The notes under the pieces are model-generated. The model had not been told where the DNA came from, did no database searches, and saw only the letters and a list, made by a program, of their open reading frames with translations. Shown here piece by piece: positions 12,148 to 22,851 of a stretch of DNA of 64,000 nucleotides. The position numbers and the translations under genes were made by a program. Position 1 is the stretch's first letter; each line of letters starts with the position of its first letter. Source of the DNA: Anolis carolinensis (Eukaryota); assembly GCF_035594765.1 (NCBI RefSeq), contig NC_085846.1, positions 12,945,190 through 13,009,189 on the forward strand. The letters run 5' to 3'.

Positions 12148-12487
12148 GGGGCCATGATGGCGCAATGGGTTAAACCTTTGCACTGTTGAATCTGCTGATC
12201 TAAAGGTTGGCAGTGCAAAGCCGTGGGTTGGGGTGAGCTCCCGTTGTTAGCCCTAGCTCCTGCCAACCTAGCAATTCAAAAACATACAAATGTGAGTAGA
12301 TCAATAGGTACCGCTTTGGCAGGAAGGTAATAAAGGTGCCCATACAGCCATGCCATCAACAAGGCCAGGAGGTGTCTACGGACAACAGGCTCCTTGGCTT
12401 GGAAATGGAATAAGAGCACGTCCCCATGACCAGAGTTGAGCACCACCTCCAGAAAGCCAGAGATGAAAGGGGAAGCCTTCACCTTTG
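12148..12487 (+). mobile_element. Sauria SINE
   Basis: tRNA-like head, core gttagccctagctcctgccaacctagca..aaatgtgagtagatcaataggtacc and an ACCTTT-type tail. Confidence 0.8.
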
Positions 12488-12608
12488 CTCTGTGTATTTG
12501 TATGTCATTGTTATTCCGCATTGAATGTTTGTCTATCTGTGTTTGTGGTAATCTGCTGAGACCCCTCGGGGAGATAAAACAGAATATAAATAAAATGTAT
12601 TATTATTG

Positions 12609-12898
12609 TGTTGTTGAAGGCTTTCGTGGCTGGAATCATTGAGTTGTGCATTTTCTGGGCTGTATGGCCATGTTCCAGAAGCATTCTCTCCTGACGTTTC
12701 GCCCACATCTGTGGCAGGCAAACTCAGAGGTTTTGAGGTATATTGGAAACATTAAGCAGTAAAAACTATAAACCTTCCTTGCTTAGTCTTCCAGTATACA
12801 TTACAACCTCTGAGGATGCCTACCATAGATGTGGGCGAAACGTCAGGAGAGAATGCTTCTGGAACATGGCCACACAGCCTGGAAAATGCACAACTCAC
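12609..12898. mobile_element. Penelope-like element remnant, inverted pLTR pair
   Basis: About 95-bp inverted arms (gagttgtgcattttctgggctgtatggccatgttccagaagcattctctcctgacgtttcgccc.. and its reverse complement), each carrying a hammerhead motif typical of Penelope pLTRs. A related fragment lies at 46634-46710. Confidence 0.75.
12807..12847 (+). ncRNA. Minimal type I hammerhead ribozyme, Penelope-associated
   Basis: ccu-CUGAGGA-U-GCCUAC(cauagau)GUGGGC-GAAAC-GUC-agg: complete core, 6-bp stem II, palindromic minimal stem III (ACGU), stem I ccu/agg. Predicted cut after C12844. Confidence 0.7.
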
Positions 12899-12930
12899 TG
12901 TATTATTATTATTACTACTATTATTATTCA

Positions 12931-13373
12931 GGGCAGACCCTCTATCCCAGGATCTGATCCCAGGTTTTCTGCTTTAAACTAGATTATGAGTCTGCACTGC
13001 CAAATCTGGGATAAACAGAAAACCTGGGATCAGATCCTGGGATATAGGCCCTGTCTGGAAGAGCCCTAAGGCCCCTTCCACATTGCGCCTATATCCCTGA
13101 ATCTGAACCCAGATTACTTGCTTATCCCAGATTATCTGGTAGTGTGGACACATATAATCCAGTTTAAATCAGATAATCTTGGTTCAGATCCTGTGGTAGA
13201 GGGCAGTGTAAGAGGGCCCTCAGGGCCCTTCCACATAGCCATATAACCCAGAATATCACGGCAGAAAATCTCACTATATCTGCTTTGAACTGGGTTATCT
13301 GAGTCCACACTGCCATATATCCCAGTTCAAAGCAGATAATGTGGGATTTTATTCAGCTACATGGTAGGGGACC
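12931..13373. mobile_element. Tandem array of three palindromic PIF/Harbinger-like MITEs
   Basis: Units 12931-13066, 13070-13219 and 13223-13373 have GGGCCCTTCCA-like termini separated by TAA/TCA. A solo copy lies at about 20300-20449; related internal palindromes at about 30770-31000, 32070-32225 and 37105-37225. Confidence 0.65.
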
Positions 13374-13379
13374 ATAGAC

Positions 13380-13610
13380 ATGGAGCAATGGATTCAAATG
13401 GTAGGAAAAGAGATCCCACCTAAACATAAGGAAGGACTTGCTGAAAGTTGTTCCAACAAGATGCCTGAGAGTGTGGTGAAGTCTCCTTGTCTGGAGGTCC
13501 TTCGGCAAAGGCTGGATTGGATGGCCATCTGTCAGGAGTGCTTTGATAAGTATGTAATATTCCTGCAAAGAATGGGGTTGCACTGAATGGCCCTTGTGGG
13601 GTCTCTTCCA
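13380..13610 (+). mobile_element. CR1 LINE 3' fragment
   Basis: ..aagagatcccacctaaacataaggaag..gtggtgaagtctcct..ggctggat..ggccatctgtcagg.. resembles a CR1 3' end; similar fragments at 20155-20298 and 57215-57285. Confidence 0.65.
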
Positions 13611-13846
13611 GGGCCAAAAGCGAGGCCTGTGCCTTTAAGTTTTGCCCATACTGCCCACAGCTGCGCTGTTCAGTTCTAGCGAAGCCACGGTTTGCCAGGA
13701 GTTGACGTCACTTCCCATGCGCCAAAGGCTCCCCCCTTTAGCAGTCCTCTAGCCGTCCTGTTGTCGCATCGGCTTCGAATGGTGGCAGGACCCGGATGTT
13801 GATTCCTTCCCTGAGGTGGGCCGAGAGTGGTCTGCGTGCTGCAGAG
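13610..13846 (+). promoter_or_regulatory. CD2BP2 promoter and non-coding first exon, with an ETS-CRE composite motif
   Basis: Local CpG enrichment. Full CRE TGACGTCA (13703-13710) fused to CTTCC (ETS core on the minus strand). Donor GAG|GTGAGA after 13846; the next acceptor at 17320 precedes the ATG. Confidence 0.6.
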
Positions 13847-14005
13847 GTGAGAGCTGTTATATTATAATTAACATATTATAATTAGCATATTATAATTAGC
13901 AGAGGCCAGGAGGGAGGAATAGGCCTTGGGGGCTTCCACATCACTCCCCATTAATGAGTGGGAGTTCATCAGATCCATATCTGCATATCCATATTTATTA
14001 TATTA

Positions 14006-15520
14006 CTAGCTTGGGGACCCAGCGTTGCCCTGGTTATTTGGAAAAGTCAATGTTTTAATTGTACAAAATGCATAATGTAGATTAATTCTAACTGGCATCA
14101 TGCCAGGTTAACCCCCTGAAATTCCATCACTACATAAAAGTTTGTCATGTTGGGCAAGTTTGCTCTAGATCAGGCCTGGGCAAACTTGGGCCTTCCGGGT
14201 GTTTTGGACTTCAACTCCCACCATTCCTAACAGCCTCAGGCCCCTTCCTTTCCCCCCTCAGCCGCTTAAGCGGCTGAGGGGGAAAAGGAAAGGGCCTGAG
14301 GCTGTTAGGAATGGTGGGAGTTGAAGTCCAAAACACCCTGAAGGCCCAAGTTTGCCCAGGCCTGCTCTAGATGCATCATCAGTAGGGCTCAGTGTACTCT
14401 CTGGCTGTAGGGTAAACTACAACTCCCACTCTGGTGAATCAGTCCTCTCAAACCCCTCCAGTAGGTTGAGTTAGCCATGGGGGTTCTGTATGCCAAGTTT
14501 TGTCCCAGTCCATCATCGGTGGAGGTCACAGTTTCCCTGGTTGTGGGTGAACTACAACTCCCAGAAAGGAAGATCAGTTCCATCCCATCCCCCTGTCCCC
14601 CAACCCCTCCAGTAATAAAATTTTGCCATATCAGGTACCTGTGCCAAGTTTGGTCCAAATCCATCCGTGTTTGGGTTCACAGTGCTCTCTGGATGTAATT
14701 GAACTACAACTCCCCCAATCAAGGTGAATGTATTATTTCCGCCAAAGATCTCCAATATTTTTTTGCTGGTCATGGGGGCTCTGTGTGCCAAGTTTGGTCC
14801 AATTCCATCTTTGGTGGAGTTCAGAGTGCCCATTGATTGCAGGTGAGCTATACATCCCAATACCTACAACTCCAAAATGTCCAGGTAATTCCCCTCAAAA
14901 CCCACCAGTATTCAAATGTGGGCATATCAAGTATGCATGCCAAGTTTGGTCCAGATTCATCATTGTTTGGGTTCATAGTGCACTCTGGATGTAGGTGAAC
15001 TACAACTCCTATAAATCCCTCCAAGTCCCTCCAGTATTTTTTGTTGGTCACGAGGGTTCTGTGTGCTAAGTTAGGTCCAGGGCCATCGTTGGTGGGGTCC
15101 AGAGTGAACTATACATTCCAGTACCTACAATGGCTATAAATCAAGATGAATTTTCCCCCAAACCTCTCCAGTATTTTTCTTTGGTAATGGGGGTTCTGTG
15201 TGCCAAATGTGGTTGAAGTCTATTGTCAGTGGGGTTCAGAGTGCTCTGACCTGATGCAGGGTGAACTACAACTTTCATCATGAGTCAATCCCCCAAACTC
15301 CAGTATGTTTAGTTGCTGCTCAGTTTGTTATGCAGACAGAGTTGAAAAGAGTAGGAAAGGGTTAAGGGAGAGGAGTGGGTGGGATCATGCAAATTCCACA
15401 CCAATACAGAGAGTAAGAAATACTGGGATGTTTGTGGTGGTGGAAACACGTAAAATCTAGAATGAAATTGTCTCTGAATGAAAGCATCCCTTGGGTGGTG
15501 GGCTGTAGTGTTTGGGGAGG
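14006..15520 (-). mobile_element. Helitron-like non-autonomous element with an internal ~180-bp tandem repeat
   Basis: The minus strand ends in an imperfect hairpin ccagggcaacgctggg followed by ..aagCTAG|T, the Helitron 3' signature. The interior repeats aactacaactccc..ccagtatttt..gccaagtttggtcc. The right boundary is approximate. Confidence 0.55.
14171..14364. mobile_element. hAT MITE (CAGGCATGGGCAAACTT family), near-perfect palindrome, nested in the Helitron-like element
   Basis: TIRs plus an exact 8-bp TSD ctctagat. Other copies at 26679-26811, 33070-33188, 33489-33606, 36612-36697, 51404-51568 and 52339-52455; partial copies at 15547, 31553 and 40696. Confidence 0.85.
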
Positions 15521-17326
15521 AAGAACCCATAAGAGTCATCTAGCCCAGCCATGAGCAAACTTGGGCCCTTCAGGTATTTAGGACTTCAACTCCCACAATT
15601 CCTAACAGTCTACTGATTTCCACCACACTATTGTTGTTGATATTATTATTATTTCTACTTCATACCAGCCTCTTCTCGTGGATTGAGGTGGAGAATGAAA
15701 ACATATTAAAATACGACATGTGCCGTTGGTTATAAAACACACAACACACACACCAGTTAAAACATCAGTTTATAAAGAACATATACAACCAGTTTATATT
15801 CAATCTGGACAAAGGTGGGAGGATTGCACAAGTCTGCCTGGGGAAAAAACTTTTAAAAAAATATGGTAGCTCTTCCAAATTTATTTTTAGGTGCTGAAAA
15901 CCCCGATGAAATTGCTGTGCCACACGTAGTTCTTTCACATATTTGCTAGTTTTATCAATTCAGTTGTTACTCTGTTTTGATCACATGCTAATGTCCCAGC
16001 GTGATTTCCTTTAGTGCTTTTGAATGAATGGGCTGTTGTTTTTCAAAGCAGTGGATTAAAGTGTTTTGAAAACCTATGGCAGGATCTGCAGTGCCACACA
16101 ATGCAGTTTGGAACTACATTATATGGTCAGTGCAGACCCATATAATGCCATTGAACTGCATTGATTTTATTTATTTACTATATTTATACTCCTCTCTTCT
16201 CATGTCGAAGGGGACTCAGCATGGCTTCCAAGCTGTCAATATTCAATGTCATACAAGCGACAAACAGAAACAATCAATACAAATATTAAAATCATTAAGT
16301 GTTCCAAAATTGATACATTAAAATCAGCTAATAAAATCACACAAATCCAAAGTCATAGTCCAAGAGCCATTCCAATGCTTGCTACATTGATCTGCATTAT
16401 ATGGCAGCATAGATAGGATATATGAGGTAACTTTATAAACTCCCCCTTAATGTTTAAACTTCACTCCCCAAAGAAGTCATACTCAGTCACATATTGCAAA
16501 ATGATAGCAAAGCAAGTTGTAACAAAAACTAAATATGATGGTGCAAATATGAGGCTATTTTTGGATTTACCAAAGCAAATTTCTATATTAGTGTACATTA
16601 AAAAAGGTTTTATGACTTTCAATTTTGCAGGGCAGTTTTTTTTGGAAGGGATGCCCTCACATTAATTTGTTCGTGTCATTTAGTTTAGAAGATATCTAGT
16701 GGGTTTGTTGCAGATGTGTTAATTGAGACAGATTGTTATGAAAGGTGGTAATATATTGTAAGAGAAGAAAAAACAACCAGAAATAGTGGTTTATATTTTT
16801 TTGTATTCTTCCCCGCTCCAGCCTTTACTAGCCACAATCAATTTCCAAAGTAAACAAAAAAATTCTACCTTTAAGAAAGTGTTTTGCAAACATTCAGAAA
16901 CTGCATGTCTATATTTCTTTCTCAGAACCTGAATTTTAATTAAGTCTTTTATTATGTGAGTGTTTTCAAGCAAGATGATGCAGTAGAGTATGCAATGATT
17001 TTTGTTAATTTGCTTTATTTCTCTGTGTCTATTTCACTGTGGGATTATTTCAGTGTTTCAGTTGCATTATAGTGTAGGATATGCATTTATGCAGAGGGAC
17101 GAGAAATGTGTATAAACACCGCTATCCCACGTGTCCATCTGTACCACAAAGATGGCACCAGCAGCTGCTTGTTTACAAACGTTGCCTTGGCTTGTGTTTG
17201 GTGAAGATAAGGACCTTATCGCCATGTTGCTTTCCAGAAAGCTGTCCAGTCTGAAGACATTGGTTTTGGGTGCATAAAGGGCTCTCTATCTTCCTTTGAG
17301 TCTATTTTGCTTTCCATAGGTCCATT

Positions 17327-20300
17327 ATGTCAAAACGCAAGGTAACCTTTGAAGACCAAGGTGATGAAGATGAAGAGGAAATGAGTTTGCCAAAGAAGAA
17401 GGTATGACAGAAGAAAACCCCTTTTCCCTCCCTTAATATCTAATTTTTTTTAAAAAATAGTGAGACATAGTGGTGTTAACATTGGACTATGAAGACCGGG
17501 GTTCAGTTCCACATGAAAATCCACTGGGTGACAAATTCTCAGACCCCCAAACTCCCATGATAAGTTTGCTCTAAGTTAGAAACAACTTGAAGACAAACCA
17601 CAACAATAATAACCTTGCTAAGTCTGGATCTTTGTAGTCAAAACATCTGGAAGGACCAGGATGCTGGTAGTTATATTCTGTCACTTGGTATTTAGGTGAC
17701 AAAGCTGAGTGAAATCTAGCTAATATTTTCACATCATGTTAACGTTAGGAAGCTGTATTTATTTCATTGAAAATGGCCCACCACATGAATGATTTTAAAA
17801 GATAGGAGGAGGAAAGTATTGATAGTTGTCTATTACTCCTAGTATCAGAGATGATGACTCCCACTGCCAATTGTTGTGTACACAAGTTGGAATTATTGGT
17901 CTTCTTGCACTCATGTTTTGGGATGTGGCTTTCAATAGGCATTGTGAGAAAGACTAGATGAGCCTTTTTGGTTCCCATATTGTTCTTACAACAGAGGTAA
18001 ACTGCTAAGTGTTGAGAATGACAAAATAACAGAGGCACTTTAGTCTTTCTGAAAATGCATCATTTCCTCATTATTTTTTCTCTCCTGATCAGCTTGTAGA
18101 ACCTGCCATTGGTGGGCCAGGTAGTCGTTTTAAGGGCAAACACTCATTAGACAGTGATGAGGAAGATGACGAAGAGGAGGAAGGACGAGGCAGTAAATAT
18201 GACATCTTGGCATCAGATGATGTGGAGGGTATGTATGAGACTGTATTTGATTCAATGGGATTAAATATTCTAAAATGCTGTATAAATAAGAGGGGCTGTT
18301 TGGATTTCAGATGCCACCAGCGTGGATAAGACTGCCCTTAAGGAATCTGGGTGACTGAATAGCTATTTTAGTACTTCAAAATAACTGCAAAGATTAAGTG
18401 TTCAAAATCAAATGGCGTTTGTTTTGTCAGCAATTCTTAAAATAGGGGTAGCCATTATTGGCAACGGCTTTATCAAACATCCCCCCCCTTATTTCACTCT
18501 TGTAGGGCAGGAATCTGCCACTATTGACTACGAAGATGGTGTTCGGATCACCCCATTCAATTTGCAGGAAGAGATGGAAGAAGGCCATTTCGATTCAGAG
18601 GGCAACTACTTCTTGAAGAAAGAGGCAATGATTCGTGACAACTGGTTGGACAACATAGACTGGGTAAGACCATCTCTATGGCTTCCATGTAAAGTAGTCA
18701 GTACAAATATAGCTATGATCTCACATATGTCTAATTAAAGATGTGAAGACTGGGGGAAACCCCAGAAGAAATCAGAAAAAAGGTCCCTATTGTTAAACCT
18801 TTTTTTAAAAAGAAAATGTGAAAAACATTAGTATTAGTATCATAAAAAATATTTAAGACAAGCTACTCATGTATTTGCTGCTCCAAAATCATTTCTAAAA
18901 ACCGTGTAGGATGAATATATTTATTGAAGCCTGTGTATAATTTTAAACAATTACAATTCCTGGTCTTGGTTTCCTTTTCCCAGTTCTTTTTATGGGAATG
19001 AGTATGTTATGTTATATTGGGTGCAAATGTTTTCATAAAGAATATACAGCCCAATAAAAAAATTGATTTCTAGCTCTGTTCCTGGGGTTATTTGGGATGA
19101 TGATTCAGAAAATTGTATAGACTGCATCAACTCTAGTTTCTTAAATATGGTTATCGTCATTTTTTATGGGCAAACAGATGGCAACTGATAGATGGCGTAT
19201 GTTCTGTATCTCAGAAACTGAAGCTGATAGAGGGAAACCGGTGCCGTTTTTGGAATTAGTAGGTTAAGTATACCCAGAAAGAGAGCTAACATCTGAGGCA
19301 CCTAAGTGTATGTTGCCCTGTGATATCATTACTTAAATATCCACTAGAATTCTTTGTCCTGACCATAAACACATTTTAATGGCACAGTATTTTGCTTACC
19401 ATAGTTCCCATCTTTCCCTTTAGGTCAAAATAAAAGAACAGCCTCCTGGTCGGAAGAAACCACCACTGGATTCTGGGGAAGACAACGGCGAAGGTGACGA
19501 AGATGACCTTGAAATTGGCCAGACACCTTTAGGGAAGAAGGAGCTATTAGAAGGGATGGTGGATTTGGTGCAACCTGGCGAGACGGTGGCCAGAGCCATT
19601 CAAAGGCTTGGAGATAGAGGTGGGCCCAAGAACAGTGGGCGTCAGCAGAAGCCCTGGAGCCGCCTCAAGGCAAACGAAGCAGAGCAAGCTGAGCAAGGGG
19701 AGCCCCAGAAGATTGGGTCGCCAGAGCGGAAAGAGCAGCTGGAGCGCCTGTCTGGGCTGGCTGACCAAATGGTGGCTCGGGGCGTGTACGAGATCTACCA
19801 GGAGACCCGGGAGAAGCTGGCGCTGAGGCTCCGGGCATTGGAGCATCCTCATGTAGCACCTTCCGGTGCTGAGCCGGAGCTTGATATGTTTGCCGAAGAT
19901 ATTGATGAAGCAAAACTGGGGGAGAAGACGCCGGCAGGTGAGAGAGAGAGTCTTTCAGGCATGTAGAACACTATGGAATTGGGATCACTTGAAGTGGAAA
20001 CACAGAGAATCACATGAAATAATTCATTGCTGAGTCATACCACTGCCTGAGGGAAGTTGTGTGATGTCAAGATTTTCTTTGTGCTTAGGAAGTAAAGGGG
20101 TCATGGAAAAGGTCTGGTATAATGTTCAACAACGGAACTCATTGCACTGCTTCAGAGTGTTGTGGAGACTCCTTCTTTGGATGCTTTTAAACAGAAGCCA
20201 AGTGGCCATCTGTTAGGGGTATTTTGATTGTGCTTTTCCTATATGGCAGGGAGTTGGACTGGATGGCCCATATGGTCACTCCCAACTCTATGATTCTAAG

Positions 20301-21563
20301 GGCCCTTCCATGCTGCCCTTTATCCCAGGATCTGATCCCAGATTATTTGCTTTAAACTGGAATATATGAGTCCCCACTGTCAAATAACCTTGGATAAACA
20401 GATAATCTGGAATCAGATCCTGAGATAAAGGGGCAGTGTGAAAGGGCCCTGTGTTGATCAAGAAAACATCCAAATATCAGCTTCCTTGTGTTGCTGTTCT
20501 TAGTTGTTTAGATTTTTATGGAATTGACATATGACATTTTTTTTCTTATGCATTTTTATTATTATTTTAACATACACATTTTAGACAACATCAAGCGATG
20601 ATCAGATTGTACAAGAACAAACAAGTACACATGTTTACACAACTACCAGAAGACAAAGGGTTAAAGTAAAATGCATTGAAACACTAAATGCTACACCTAT
20701 AACACTAAGTCAAACAGTGAAATGTTACTTCCAATTAGTATACTAACTCTGTCTTCTCTTTTTTAAAATAATAATTCTGACATATGACCTATTTTAATGT
20801 TCTCCAACAGCAGGAAGCGAGGCTCAGCAGCAGGATGATGATGACGACAACTCTCTCTCTGAGGTGATGTGGGAATATAAATGGGAAAACACAAACTCAT
20901 CCGAACTCTATGGCCCATTTAGCAGCTCACAGATGCAGGTAAGAGAATGCAGATGGAAGAAACAGATTTCTGTTAATGTGTGTGTGTGTACATATACGCG
21001 TACATTTTTTGCCCTGTTTTTACTGTCCTTGAACAAGTCAAACTGTCAGCTTTGGAGAAAGGCAAAGGCTTTCTCCCCTGGGGGAGAAGAGCGGTATACA
21101 AATTAAATAAATAAATACCCATCTGAAAAAAATTGCAAAAAACTATGTGATAGTCTATAACTTATAAAACTATAAGTCAGACTTAGAAGATGCACAACAA
21201 CTTTTTGGAACTTCATAATAATGGATTGTTGATGTAGTTGTAACTCTGGGATCTGGATGGTCATGGGTACAGAACTGGTGCAAAAACAAACTTCCTTGGA
21301 ATCAGCTTGGCATTGATTGCTTTAATATAACATTTGTTGGTTACATTAGTTCCTTCCTTGAGTGCTTCTTGGGTCTATTTGCTTGCTTGCTTCCTCACTC
21401 TGGCGTCAGTTTCCTTTCTATTTTTACATTCTCTTCTCCTGTATCCCTCCAGGACTGGGTGTCCCAGGGCTATTTCCCTGACGGGGTTTACTGCCGGAAA
21501 GTGGAAAATTCTGAGGGCCAGTTCTACAACTCCAAGCGCATTGACTTCGACCTCTACACGTGA
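17327..21563 (+). CDS. CD2BP2: CD2 antigen cytoplasmic tail-binding protein 2 (U5-52K, GYF domain), 373 aa; exons 17327-17401, 18093-18228, 18506-18663, 19424-19937, 20811-20938, 21453-21563
   Basis: MSKRKVTF (RVxF), [74 protein letters not shown], and GYF domain [46 protein letters not shown]. All junctions are GT-AG and in phase. Confidence 0.97.
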
Positions 21564-21771
21564 TCGGAACCCACCTCCTGCCCCTCGGAATGCAAGACAT
21601 GGCACTCAACCCGGTGGCAGAATGAAAGACCTTGCCGGACTTTAGGGGGTGGGGGCTGAGGAGGGGAGGGTTTTCTCTGTGTGTATGTGTGTGTGCGCAT
21701 TCGTGTGTTTGCAGAGAAGAGAAGAGGCTTGATTCATCATTAATCCTGGAGGTGTTTCAGATTTGTGGAGA

Positions 21772-21777
21772 AATAAA
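21772..21777 (+). terminator. CD2BP2 polyadenylation signal
   Basis: AATAAA about 210 nt after the stop, followed by GU-rich sequence. Confidence 0.6.
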
Positions 21778-22589
21778 AGAATCAGCCTGATACTGGGTTG
21801 GTTGGTCTACTGTTTCCTTGATGGCAATTGCATCCATTCATTAGTTGGGACAAGCAGATACAAGCCATCAAGTCTTCTTCCACCTCCAGCCCAGTTTTCT
21901 AGTCCTGTCCTTTATAATGCATAGATTCATGGAAGTCTTAATTTACTTCTAAACACAAAGCTCATATCTTGTTCCATGTTTAAACCCACAATGTTACTTT
22001 TTTGCTGCTATGCTACCACCTGGTGATAGTAGCAGTGTTGGGGTCCTTATAAATTTCAGGTGAGGGGAAAAAATTAAATCTGTGGAAGAGCCTTAACATT
22101 TTTCATCATGTCCAGTGATACAGACTAAATGAATAGGAGAGTTAATGTATAAAAATGGACCCACAAGAGAATTTTATAGCACAAGTGCCGTATATTCCTC
22201 TTTAATTACATGCCATTTGATGCAACGAGTGCATCCTGTGATGTTACCATAACGGAAGCTTCTGTGTTTTAATAACTACATATTTCTGTCTGTCTGTCTA
22301 TCCACACACAAGCATGAAGTAGTCATTGCAGTTCTGTAAAAAATGGATTTGAATGAAAGCTCTTTTTTGTTCTAATTTCCACATAGAAACCTCATGCAAT
22401 ATGCACACCTACATTTCTTCCTCACAGAAGATCTGTGAGAGGAACGAGACAGAGATTGACTACTCCAAAGGCTTTGTAGGGCTTCATAGTTGTGTATAGA
22501 TGTGAATCTGAGCCTCATGAATCCTAATCCAACGCCTTCTTTAAAAAAAGTACATCTGTGTAATTTTTGCGCGTAACTGATGAAAGGAA

Positions 22590-22851
22590 CAGGAGTGGGG
22601 AAAGGAAGTACTCTTTTCAAGTCTCCTTAACACTTCGTTTTGCACATATGAATCCTTTCGTTGCAAGATGGTTAAGAAATGTTTAAATAGAAGGAAAATT
22701 GCAAAAAGAAGTGATTTGTATAGAAAGGAGTGTGTGGGGGAGAGGCCTTCGCAAGGGCGTCTTGGTGTGGTCAAAATAGGAAGTGAGATGCAGAGCTCTC
22801 CAGCACAGCATGTTGACAGAAAGCCACAGAGGACGTGAAGTAACAGGCAGC
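22590..22851 (+). promoter_or_regulatory. Leukocyte-type promoter of the integrin gene (RUNX plus PU.1/ETS sites)
   Basis: TGTGGTC (22766-22772) directly adjacent to AAAATAGGAAGTGA (22773-22786), a second GGAAGT near 22605 and C/EBP-like TTGCAA/TTCGCAA sites, all just upstream of the ATG at 22852. Confidence 0.55.

Noticed and set aside
14380-15310. Regularly spaced repeats superficially like a CRISPR array (also 47190-47560)
   Set aside because: They are degenerate tandem units inside a eukaryotic transposon, with no unique spacers and no cas genes.
17143-17160. CTCF/YY1-like motif ccacaaagatggcacc in CD2BP2 intron 1
   Set aside because: Spacing mismatch to the CTCF core; too weak without data.
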